Shown piece after piece: positions 9,501 to 17,500 of a DNA stretch of 64,000 nucleotides. Both the position numbers and the translations under genes were made by a program. The stretch is taken from NCBI GenBank assembly GCA_964420075.1, contig CAYQRE010000010.1, positions 77,885 through 141,884 on the forward strand. The letters are read 5' to 3'. The notes under the pieces were generated by a model. That model was not told the DNA's origin. It made no database searches and saw nothing but the letters and a program-made list of their open reading frames with translations. The first letter of the stretch is position 1; every line of letters begins with the position of its first letter. The stretch is from an uncultured Thermoanaerobaculia bacterium (GTDB lineage: Bacteria; Acidobacteriota; Thermoanaerobaculia; Multivoradales; SZUA-115).

Positions 9501-12500
9501 ACACCTCCCACACCGAGACGTCGAAGCTGATGCTGGTCCACAGCGCCGCCGCCTCACCCGGCACCAGCGGCCGGCGGCGGTCGAGGTCGGCGAGCAGGTT
9601 CAGGGCCCCGCGGTGCGTACAGGCCACGCCCTTGGGTCGCCCGGTCGACCCCGAGGTGTAGATCACGTAGGCCAGATGGTCGAGCTCGAGGTCAGCCGGG
9701 GGGAGCGGCGGCGCCGGGCCCGGCGCCGGCCGATCGAGGCGGATCATCCGCGGCACCGCGGCGAGCTCGCCCCGCGGCTCCTCGCCGGCCAGCAGCACCG
9801 GCGCCGCCGCGTCCGCCAGCATGGCGGCGAGACGCGACGGCGGGTAGCTGGCGTCGAGCGGCAGGTAGGCGCCGCCGGCGAGGAGCACGGCCGTGATCCC
9901 CACCGCGAGCTCGACACGGCGCCCCACGTAGAGCCCCACCGGCACGTCCGGCCCGACGCCCTCCGCACGCAGCGCCGCGGCGACCTGCCAGGCCCGGCGG
10001 CCCAGCTCGCCATACGAGAGCGCTTCCTCCCCCGCCACCACGGCGATGGCCTCGGGCGTCGCCGCCAGCCAGTGGGCGAGACGGCGATCGAGCGTCGCGG
10101 TGAGGGCGAAGGGCTGCGGCCGCGCCAGCCAGCCGCGCAGCTGCGCCTCCTCCTCCGGGGTGAGCACCGGGAGCTCCCACAGACGCTGGTCCGGCGAGGC
10201 CACGGCCGCCGCGAGCAGGCGGCCGAAGTGGCCGGCCCAGCGCTCGGCAGTGGCGCGGTCGAAGAGGTCCGCCGCCACCTCGAGGCTGCCAACCAGGCGG
10301 CCGTCCCGCTCGGCGAGGGCGAGCGTCAAGTCGAACATCGCCGTCCGGCTGGCCAGTTCGCGGGTTGCGAGGCGCAACCCCTCGGCACCCAGGGCGAGGC
10401 TCGGCAGGGGCGTGTTGTGCAGCGCGAACATCACCTGGAAGAGGGGGTTGCGGCCGAGGTCGCGCTCCGGCTGCAGCTCCTCGACCAGGCGCTCGAAGGG
10501 CATCGCCTGGTGCTCGAAGGCGGCGAGCGTGGTGGCCCGCAGCCGCCCCAGCAGGGTGCGGAAGGAGGGATCTCCCCCGAGGTCGGCGCGCAGCACCAGG
10601 GTGTTGACGAAGAGTCCCACCAGGGCTTCCAGCTCGGGCAGCGGCCGCCCTGCGACCGGCGTGCCGATCGTCAGGTCCCGCTCCCCCGTCGCCCGCCGCA
10701 GCTGGCTGGCGAAGACGGCGAGGAGGGCCATGAAGGGGCTGGCGCCCTCGGTGCGGGCGAGGCCGGCGAGGGCGGCGGTCGTGGCGGCGTCGATGGCGAC
10801 GGGCACCGAGAGGCCGGCGAGGCTGCGCCGCGCCGGCGGTGGGCGGTCGGCCGGCAGCTCGAGGCCGGCCGGAGCGCCGGCGAGCGCCTGCCGCCAGAAG
10901 GCGAGGTCCGCCGCCAGGGCCGGACCGGCCAGCCAGGCGGCCTGCCAGCGGGCGAAGTCCGCGAACTGGGCTGGCAGCGGCGGCAGCGCGGGGGCCGTGC
11001 CGGCCCGCCAGGCGCCGTAGGCCGCCGCCACCTCGCGCAGCAGGATGCCCATCGACCAGCCGTCGCTCGCGATGTGGTGCACGGCGAGGGCAAGGTCGTG
11101 GGCCGTGGCCTGCCGCCGCAGCAGGAGCAGGCGCACCAGCGGCCCGCGCGCGAGGTCGAAGCCGCGGCCGGTGCCGGCCTGGGCCAGGCGCTCGGCCGTC
11201 GCCACCCGCACCGCCGGCGGCAGGCCGCCGAGGTCGACGACGTTGCGGCCGAGGGCCGCCGGGGCCCGCCCGTCGGCGCCTGCCGCGCTCGCCAGCCGCT
11301 GCTCTGGCTCGCCGTCGCACACCGTGAAGGTGCTGCGCAGCACGGCGTGGCGGCCGCACACCCAGGCGAAGGCGGCGACGAGGGCGGCGACATCCAACCG
11401 GCCGTCGAGCTCGAGGAGGTAGCGCAGGTTGTAAGCCGGGTTGCCGGGTTCCAACTGGTCGAGGAACCACAGCCGGCGCTGCGACGACGACAACGGTGCC
11501 GGCGCCGTGGCCGCCGTCACCCGCAGCGGCGGCAGCGCCGCGGTCGAGCTCGCCGCCTGGCGGGCCGCGACGGCGGTCGCGAAGGCGCCCAGCGTGGGGT
11601 TCTCGAAGAGGAGCTGCACGGGGGTTTCGACCCCCAGCCGTTGGCGCAGCCGGGCCACCACCTGGAGGGCGATCAACGAGTCGCCGCCGAGGTCGAAGAA
11701 GCTCTCCCCGGCAGCGAGCTGGGCGAGCCCGAGGACCTCGCGCCAGACGGCGGCGACCGCCTCCTCGTGCGGTGCGAGCGGTGCCGCCTCGGGCCCCTGG
11801 CCCGGGCCCGCCGCTGCCGCGGGCCCCTCCAGCCCCTCCCAGGCGAGGCCGGCCGGCGGCGCCGCCGGGTCCGCCGGCTCGATCCACAGCCGGCGGCGCT
11901 CGAAGGGGTAGGTGGGCAGGGCCAGCCGCCGCCGGCGCTCCTCGCCGTAGTAGGCCCGCCAGTCCGGTTCGAGGCCCTGCGTCCAGAGCGCCCCGAGGGT
12001 TCCCAGCACGGCAGCCGGCTCGGCCAGCGAGTCGTCGTCCCCGAAGCTGGCAAAGGCCGGCAGCCGGCGTCCGGCCTCGCCTTCCCAGCGCCGGGCCAGG
12101 CGGGTCAGGCCGCGGCCGGGGCCCACTTCGAGGAGCACACGGTTGGGCTCGGCGGCGAGCGCCGCGAGGCCGGCGCCGAAGCGCACCGTCTGGCGCAGGT
12201 GGCGGGCCCAGTAGGCGGGGTCGGTGGCCTCCTCGGCGGTGATCCAGCCGCCGCTCACGTTCGACAGGAAAGGGACCTGCGGTGGCGCCAGGGCGAGCTG
12301 CGCCACCCGGCGGCGGAAGGGCTCGACCACCGGCTCCAGCAGGGGCGAGTGGAAGGCGTGCGAGGTGCGCAGGCGGCGGGCCTCGACGCCCTCGGTCGCG
12401 AGCTCCTGGCGCAGCGCCTCGACGGCCGCCTCCTCCCCCGCCACCACCACCCGGTCGGCGGCGTTGACCACCGCCACGGCGAGGCCACCGCTCAACCGCG

Positions 12501-14553
12501 GTGCCAGCGCGGCCTCGTCGAGGGGTACTGCCAGCATGGCACCGGGGGGCAAGGCGGCGATCATTCGCCCCCGCTCGGCCACCAGGGCGAGGGCGTCCTC
12601 GAAGCTCATCACGCCGGCCAGGTGGGCCGCCACGTACTCGCCCACGCTGTGGCCGAGGAGGGCGCGCGGCACGAGCCCCCAGGACATCCACAACCGGGCG
12701 AGCGCCACCTCGAGCAGGAAGAGCGCCGGCTGGGTGAGGGCGGTGTCGGCGAGGCGCTCCTCGGCGACCGCGCGCTGCGCCTCCGGGGCGAACAGCAGCG
12801 CCCGCAAGTCCTCGCCGAGGAGCGGCGCGAGGTGCTCCGCGCCGCGGTCCACCTCGCGGCGGAAGACGGGCTCGGCGGCATAGAGCGCCGCCCCCTGGCC
12901 GGCCCGTTGGGCGCCCTGGCCGGGGAAGACGAAGGCGAGCTCCGGGCTGCCGTCAAGGGCGCGGCCGGTCCGCTGCCGCGCCGGCTCGCGGAGCGCCGCC
13001 AGGGCCTCGGCGCGCCCGGCGGCCACCACCGCCCGGCGCTCGCCGAGCCGCCGCCGCCCGACCTGCAGGGTGTAGGCGACGTCCGCGAGGTCGCGGCCGG
13101 GGTCGGCCTCCAGGTGGTCGGCGAGGCGCGTGGCCATCGCCTCCACCGCAGTGGCGCTGCGCGCCGCGAGCAGCAGGAGCTGCCACGGCCGCGACGGCGA
13201 GGTGGCGGGCGGTGGCGGCGCCTCTTCGAGCACCACGTGGGCGTTGGTGCCGCCGATGCCGAGCGAGCTCACGGCGGCCCGCCGCGGCCCTTCGCCGCGC
13301 TCCCAGGGGGTGAGCGTTGCCGGCACGTAGAAGGGGCTCTCCGCCAGCTCCAGGTGCGGATTGGGCACGGTGAAATGCAGGGTCGGCGGCACCTCGCCGT
13401 GCTCGAGGGCGAGCACCGCCTTGGCGAGGCCGGCGATGCCGGCGGCGACGTCGAGATGGCCGAGGTTGCCCTTGAGCGAACCCAAGGCGCAGAAGCCGCG
13501 ACGGCGCGCCCCCGCGGCCCGGAAGGCCCGGCTCAGGGCCTGCACCTCGATGGGGTCGCCGAGCGGTGTGCCGGTGCCGTGGGCCTCCACGAAGCCGATC
13601 GTCTCGGGGTCGATCTCGGCCGCCGCCAGGGCCCGCGCCACCACCTCCGCCTGGCCCTCGAGGCTGGGGGCGGTAAAGCCCGCCTTGGCGGCGCCGTCGT
13701 TGTTGATCGCCGAGCTCTTGACCACGGCGCGCACCGGGTCGCCGGCGGCGCGGGCGTCCGACAGCCGCTTGAGCACCACCAGGCCGGCGCCGCTGCCGAA
13801 AACCGTGCCGCGGGCGGCGGCATCGAAGGGGCGGCAGTGGCCGTCCGGGGAGAGGATGCCGTCCTCCTGGTAGAGGTAGCCCACGGTCTGCGGCGTGCGC
13901 ACGGTGACGCCGCCGGCGAGGGCAACGTCGCAGTCGTAGTCGAGGAGGGCCTGGCGGGCGAGGTGGACGGCGACCAGCGCCGTCGAGCAGGCGGTCTGCA
14001 CCGAGACGCTCGGCCCGCGCAGGTTGAGCTTGTAGGAGACGCGGGTGCACAGCGTGTCCTTGTCGTTGGCCAGCACCAGCGGCCAGCCTTCCTCGCTCGC
14101 GGCCCGCGGCAGGAGGTGAAAGAGCAGGTAGGTGCTGAGCACCGAGCCGGCGAAGAGGCCGATGCGGCCGGGATAGGTGTCGGGGTCGATCGCCGCCGTC
14201 TCGAGGGCCTCCCAGGCGCATTCGAGGAGCAGGCGGTGCTGCGGGTCGGTCACCGCCGCCTCGCGGGGCGACATGGCGAAGAGCCCAGCGTCGAAGCCCT
14301 CGATGCCGGCGAGCACGCCGCGCGCCGGCACGTAGCGCGGATCGCCGAGCTGGGCGGCGGGCACCTTGCCGGCAGCGAGCTCGGCGGCCGAGAAGCGGCG
14401 GATCGACTCGACGCCCTGGCGCAGGTTCTGCCACAGGCTGGCGACGTCCTGGGCGCCGGGGAAGCGGCCGGCGAGGCCGACGATCGCCACCTCGTCGAAG
14501 GCGTCGATCTCCGGCCCCTGGTCGTCGTCCGCGCGGCGCTCGTGCTCGCTCAT
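3565..14553 (-). CDS. Hybrid PKS-NRPS: KS-AT(malonyl)-ACP-C-A-PCP-C-A-PCP-E-COM(donor)
   Basis: KS QTACS / EAHGTGT / KGNLGH with hybrid-type NDKD motif. AT GHSVG and HAFHS; no KR/DH; ACP GGDSL. C domains HHIASDGWS and HHIIADGWS; two A domains YTSGSTGRPKG; PCP GGHSL then GGDSI. E domain PIQRWFF, HHLIVDGVSW, EGHGR, RTVGW; C-terminal TPTDFP. Start taken at MSEHERR (14553) after a GGGGAG SD; the ORF track extends to 14568. Confidence 0.96.
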   Translation of the reverse strand: MSEHERRADDDQGPEIDAFDEVAIVGLAGRFPGAQDVASLWQNLRQGVESIRRFSAAELAAGKVPAAQLGDPRYVPARGVLAGIEGFDAGLFAMSPREAAVTDPQHRLLLECAWEALETAAIDPDTYPGRIGLFAGSVLSTYLLFHLLPRAASEEGWPLVLANDKDTLCTRVSYKLNLRGPSVSVQTACSTALVAVHLARQALLDYDCDVALAGGVTVRTPQTVGYLYQEDGILSPDGHCRPFDAAARGTVFGSGAGLVVLKRLSDARAAGDPVRAVVKSSAINNDGAAKAGFTAPSLEGQAEVVARALAAAEIDPETIGFVEAHGTGTPLGDPIEVQALSRAFRAAGARRRGFCALGSLKGNLGHLDVAAGIAGLAKAVLALEHGEVPPTLHFTVPNPHLELAESPFYVPATLTPWERGEGPRRAAVSSLGIGGTNAHVVLEEAPPPPATSPSRPWQLLLLAARSATAVEAMATRLADHLEADPGRDLADVAYTLQVGRRRLGERRAVVAAGRAEALAALREPARQRTGRALDGSPELAFVFPGQGAQRAGQGAALYAAEPVFRREVDRGAEHLAPLLGEDLRALLFAPEAQRAVAEERLADTALTQPALFLLEVALARLWMSWGLVPRALLGHSVGEYVAAHLAGVMSFEDALALVAERGRMIAALPPGAMLAVPLDEAALAPRLSGGLAVAVVNAADRVVVAGEEAAVEALRQELATEGVEARRLRTSHAFHSPLLEPVVEPFRRRVAQLALAPPQVPFLSNVSGGWITAEEATDPAYWARHLRQTVRFGAGLAALAAEPNRVLLEVGPGRGLTRLARRWEGEAGRRLPAFASFGDDDSLAEPAAVLGTLGALWTQGLEPDWRAYYGEERRRRLALPTYPFERRRLWIEPADPAAPPAGLAWEGLEGPAAAAGPGQGPEAAPLAPHEEAVAAVWREVLGLAQLAAGESFFDLGGDSLIALQVVARLRQRLGVETPVQLLFENPTLGAFATAVAARQAASSTAALPPLRVTAATAPAPLSSSQRRLWFLDQLEPGNPAYNLRYLLELDGRLDVAALVAAFAWVCGRHAVLRSTFTVCDGEPEQRLASAAGADGRAPAALGRNVVDLGGLPPAVRVATAERLAQAGTGRGFDLARGPLVRLLLLRRQATAHDLALAVHHIASDGWSMGILLREVAAAYGAWRAGTAPALPPLPAQFADFARWQAAWLAGPALAADLAFWRQALAGAPAGLELPADRPPPARRSLAGLSVPVAIDAATTAALAGLARTEGASPFMALLAVFASQLRRATGERDLTIGTPVAGRPLPELEALVGLFVNTLVLRADLGGDPSFRTLLGRLRATTLAAFEHQAMPFERLVEELQPERDLGRNPLFQVMFALHNTPLPSLALGAEGLRLATRELASRTAMFDLTLALAERDGRLVGSLEVAADLFDRATAERWAGHFGRLLAAAVASPDQRLWELPVLTPEEEAQLRGWLARPQPFALTATLDRRLAHWLAATPEAIAVVAGEEALSYGELGRRAWQVAAALRAEGVGPDVPVGLYVGRRVELAVGITAVLLAGGAYLPLDASYPPSRLAAMLADAAAPVLLAGEEPRGELAAVPRMIRLDRPAPGPAPPLPPADLELDHLAYVIYTSGSTGRPKGVACTHRGALNLLADLDRRRPLVPGEAAALWTSISFDVSVWEVFAALAYGGTLVVPGEEERVRAEALLPWLAARAIRSAYLPPFLLSELLARVSAPAAAPHPLARLLVGVEPIREPVLSGLAAALPGLTVVNGYGPTEATVCATFYDVGRAPAPERKAPLGLPVANCRVALLGADLELVPVGIPGEVWIGGAGLARGYLGRPGLTADRFMPDPLAGSPGGGPAGGRCYRSGDLARRHADGNLEFLGRRDQQVKVRGHRIELAEVEAALTRLPGVREAAVAVRPDPRGEGQLVAFVVAPAGGAELDDWRQALRQALPDAMVPAALVRLAALPLTPSSKLDRRALPAPDWAAAGTSTGEAPRGAVEGLLAELFAELLGRERVSAGEDFFSLGGHSLLGIRLVSRLREVFHVELPVRRLFEAPTVAGLAAVIAELRRGGQPEAPPIEPCPRQDGEELPLAFAQQRLWIVDQLSPGNPAYNIPAAVRLGGELRVAALRQVFATIAGRHEVLRTSFPATAGRPRLEVRPRWRPPLPVVDLAALPGTARAATLDTLARREARRPFDLARGPLFRLALLRLAAADHALLMTCHHIIADGWSMGLLEREVASLYAALVAGETSPLAPLPVQYADFAAWQRAWLQGEVLVSQLAYWRAQLAGAPQRLELPTDRPRPLAPTYRGASRPLVISAELTAGLDALGRRLQATRFITLASLWAGLLGRAAQQDELVVGIPIANRNRRETEGLIGFFVNALALRVDLGGAPTLAALVARVRQSVLGAFAHQDLPFEQLVAEIAPNRDLASSPLFQATFSLEEAPLAGLALPGLTLAPIAQGAVTAKFELSLTLRPAAGGLRGQLEHDADLFDATTIERLKARLLAWLAAAAVDPETPLAALPWLLAGERQQVLCEVNDAASAFPRAAGLSELFAVQAARAPEAAAVIDETATWSYHRLAATAGGLGRRLADLGVGPGDLVGVAMERSAELVASLLGILAAGAAYVPLDPGYPDARLLFMLADTQATVILVHARTRQRLEALLAAHPEVRERLVPVDEEVAALAARPVATDLPLVKPASSLELAYVIYTSGSTGRPKGVAVPQQAVVRLVRDTNYVHLGPGDRLAHLSNISFDAATFEIWGALLNGGGLVVISKEVTLSPAVFVARLRATGVTAMGIATALFHQMVREEPGAFGFLRDVLFGGDAADPRALALAQQGGAACRLLNCYGPTECTAVATYHEVGPVGPDLVTVPIGLPIGNTSAYVADRSLGALALGEPGELLLGGEGLARGYLRRPAATAERFVPHPWGAPGERLYRSGDLVRRRADGALEFLGRIDHQVKVRGFRIELGEIQAALAEHPAVAEVVVLARADGPGEKRLVAYLVARPGVVLEAATLRDFLAEKLPPFMVPAAFVGLDALPVSANGKLDLKALPAPVWETAEAAVEEPASGVEATLAAIWAQVLGVERVGPRDNFFELGGDSILSIQVVSRAQQAGLAFGVRDLFQHQTVAELAAVVRPSAASDEAVEVDGEVPLLPIQRWFFDLDVAAPGHFNQSLLLTLSEPVEGARLERALGLLARRHTALRCRYEQRADGRWRQYSGTAPTPLLRVDLSGLGAAESAAVEALAARLQASLDLTAGPLWRAALFQLSGTAQRLFLVLHHLIVDGVSWRILLGDLELAYRGLAAAAVPALPAVPQPLAGWAARLAAEAGSAATRAELPYWSAAEGRLPPPLAPAATQPTTADWSRADQPPPTDVATVADFGTVAAAASHTVELDEETTRALVQEVPAATRASTLDALLLALTQALGAADGGSASGRPAALWLHLEGHGRDEAFPDADASRTVGWLTALYPVLLSLDGRERTPGEQLRTIKEQLRAVPRGGLGYGLLRYLGEAATAERLAAIPAPEVVFNYLGQLDRGLAGSSLFAPAAERGGPPRAASQRRTHLLEINGGVSGGRLRLTWTYPPERLARATVEGWGARFRAALAALIAHCRAPAEAAPGPTAFTPTDFPQARVSQKDLDTLMKKIGRRPSPAAPKGR

Positions 14554-14564
14554 CTCCCCTCCCC

Positions 14565-17500
14565 TCACCGCCGGCGCGCCAGGGCGCGGCGGCGCCGCTC
14601 GCGTGCCTCGCGCTCCTCGCGGGCCCGTTCGTGCAAGCCGCCGAGCTGCCCGGCCAGCGGCTCGTCCAGGCCTGCCGCCGCCTGCAGGCGGCGGGCGAGC
14701 CCTTGCACCGTGGGGTGCCGGAAGAGCTCGAGGAGGGGCAGCTCGCTCCCCATCTCCTCGCGCAGCCGGCCGTGCACCTCGGCGGCGGCCAGCGAGTGGC
14801 CGCCGAGGTCGAAGAAGTTGTCGTGGACGCCCACCCGCTCCACCCCCAGCACCTGCTGCCAGATGGCGGCGATCCGCCGCTCGGCCTCGCTCTGCGGCGA
14901 GACGAAGGCGGCCCCCAGCTGCGGGCGCTCGTGGCCGGGCTCGGGCAGGCCGCGGCGATCCACCTTGCCGCTGGGCAGCAAGGGCAAGGCGGGCAGGAAG
15001 AGGGCGAGCGAGGGCACCATGGGCGGCGGCAGCGTCTCTGCCAGGTAGGTGCGCAAGGTGTCCCAGGCGAGGTCGCCCCCCGCTTCCTGTACCACGTAAG
15101 CGACCAGGCGGGCGGCGCTCCCCGTGCCGTGGACCACCACCACCGCCTGGCGCACCGCCGGATGCGCCAGCAGCACGGCCTCGATCTCCCCCAGCTCGAG
15201 GCGGAAGCCGCGGATCTTCACCTGGTGGTCCCGCCGGCCGAGGTGCTCCAGGCGGCCGTCGGCGAGCCGGCGGGCGAGATCGCCGGTGCGGTAGAGGCGG
15301 GCCCCGGCGGCGCCCCAGGGGTCGGGCACGAAGCGCTCGGCGGCGAGGCCGGCGCGGCCGTGGTAGCCGCGCGCCAGGCCCTCACCGCCGATCAACAGCT
15401 CACCGGCGGCGCCAAGCGGCGCGAGCTCGCCGTGCCGGCCGGCGAGGTGCACCGTGGTGTTGGCGAGCGGCCGGCCGATCGACACCTCGGGCGTGGCGCC
15501 GAGGCGCTCGGCCGTCGACCACACGGTCGTCTCGGTGGGGCCGTAGACGTTCCACAGCTCGCCCACCCGCGGCAGCAAGCGGTCGGCGAGCGAGCGCGGC
15601 AGGGGCTCGCCGCCGCACAGCACCTTGAGGCCTGGTTGGCCGGCCCAGCCGCCGTCGAGCAGCAGGCCGAAGGTGGTGGGGGTGGCCTGCATCACGGTGG
15701 CGCCGGCCACGGTGAGGGCGGCGGCGAGCTCGCGCGGGTCCGCCACCACCTCACGGCGCACCAGCTCGATGCGGGCGCCGACCACCAGCGGCAGCAGCAG
15801 CTCACTGACGGCGATATCGAAGGACAGCGTGGTCACCGCCATCACCACGTCGTCCGCCGTCATGCCGGGCCGCTCGGCCATCGTCGAGAGGTAGTTGAGC
15901 ACCCCGCGCTGGCGGACGCTGACTCCCTTCGGGCGCCCCGTCGAGCCGGAGGTGTAGATCACATAGGCCACCGACTCGCCGTGCGCCGGCGAGCGCCACG
16001 GCCCAGGTGCCGGCGGCGGCGCGGCCTCCAGCCAGGCGACGGCCGGGGGCGGGCCGCCGCGGGCCGCGAGCTCGGCACCGGCGGCGTCGAGGGTCGCTGC
16101 CAGCGCCCGCTCGGCGAGCACCAGGCTGGCGCCGCTGTCGGCCAGCATGTGGGCCAGGCGGGCCGCCGGCAGCGCTGGGTCGAGCGGCACGTAGGCCCCC
16201 CCGGCCGCCAGCACCGCCAGCACGGCGACGAGCATCGCGGGCGTGCGCTCGCTGCAGATCGCCACCGCCACCTCTGGCCCCACGCCGCGCCGCGCCAGCT
16301 CGGCGGCCCAGGCCGTGGCCTGCGCGATCAGCGCACCGTAAGAGAGCTCGGCGCCGACGGCGCGCACCGCCTGCCGCGCTGGGTCGCGGGCCGCGGTGGC
16401 GGCAACCCACTCCCACACCGAGCCGGCGGCGGGCAGCGGCGCGGCGCTGTCGTTCACCTCCACCACCAGCTGCTGGCGCTCGGCAGCGGTGAGCGCGGCA
16501 AGCTGCGCGAGGGGTGCTGCCGGCCGCGCTACGGCACTCGCCAGCAGGGCCGCCAGCTGGCCGCCGAAGCGGTCGATCGTGGTGCGATCGAAGAGGTCGA
16601 GGTTGAGCTCGAGGCTGCCGGCGAGGCCGCCGTCGGGCTGCTCGGCAAGGTCGACGGTGAGGTCGAACTTGGCGCTGTCGGTCGTCAGGTCCAGGCGTTC
16701 GAGGGCGAGGCCCGGCAGCGCCAAGCGGGCCGGCGGCGCGTTCTGCAACGCCAGCATCACCACGAAGAGGGGCGCGTGGCCGAGCGAGCGCTCCACCCCC
16801 AACTCTTCGACCAGCTTCTCGAACGGCAGCTCCTCGTGCCGGGCCGCCGCGAGGCTCGCCTGGCGCGCCGCGGCGAGGAGATCGGCAAAGGGCGGGTCAC
16901 CCGGCAGCGCGGTGCGCAGCACCAGGGTGTTCATGAAGAGCCCGATCAGGCCCTCGATCTCCGTCCGGTTGCGGCCGGCGACCGGGGCGCCCACCGCGAT
17001 GTCGGTCTCGCCGCTCAGCCGGCGCAGCAGGGCGGTGAGCGCGGCGAGCAGCACCATGAAGAGGGTCGCGCCGTGGCGGCTGCCCAGAACGCGCGCCGCG
17101 GCCACCAGTGCCGGCGGCAGCCGGAACGGCAGGCGGGTGCCGCGATGCGTCTCGACGGCCGGCCGCGGCCGGTCGGTGGGCAGCTGCAGCAGGGGCGGCG
17201 CGCCGGCGAGCTGACGCCGCCAATAGGCCACCAGCTCGCCGTAGGCGGGGCCCGCGAGGTGGGCGCGCTGCCAGGCCGCGAAGTCCGCGTAGTCGAGCGG
17301 CAACGGCGCGAGCGGCGACGGCGCACCGGCGACGAACGCCGCGTAGAGGGCCGCGAGCTCGCGGGTCAGCAGGGCCACCGACCAGCCGTCGCAGACGATG
17401 TGGTGCAGGTTGAGGAGCAGCTGGTGCTCGCCGGCCGCGAGGCGCAGCAGCGAGAGCCGCCAGAGGGGTCCGCGGGCAAGGTCGAACGGCCGGCGGGCAC

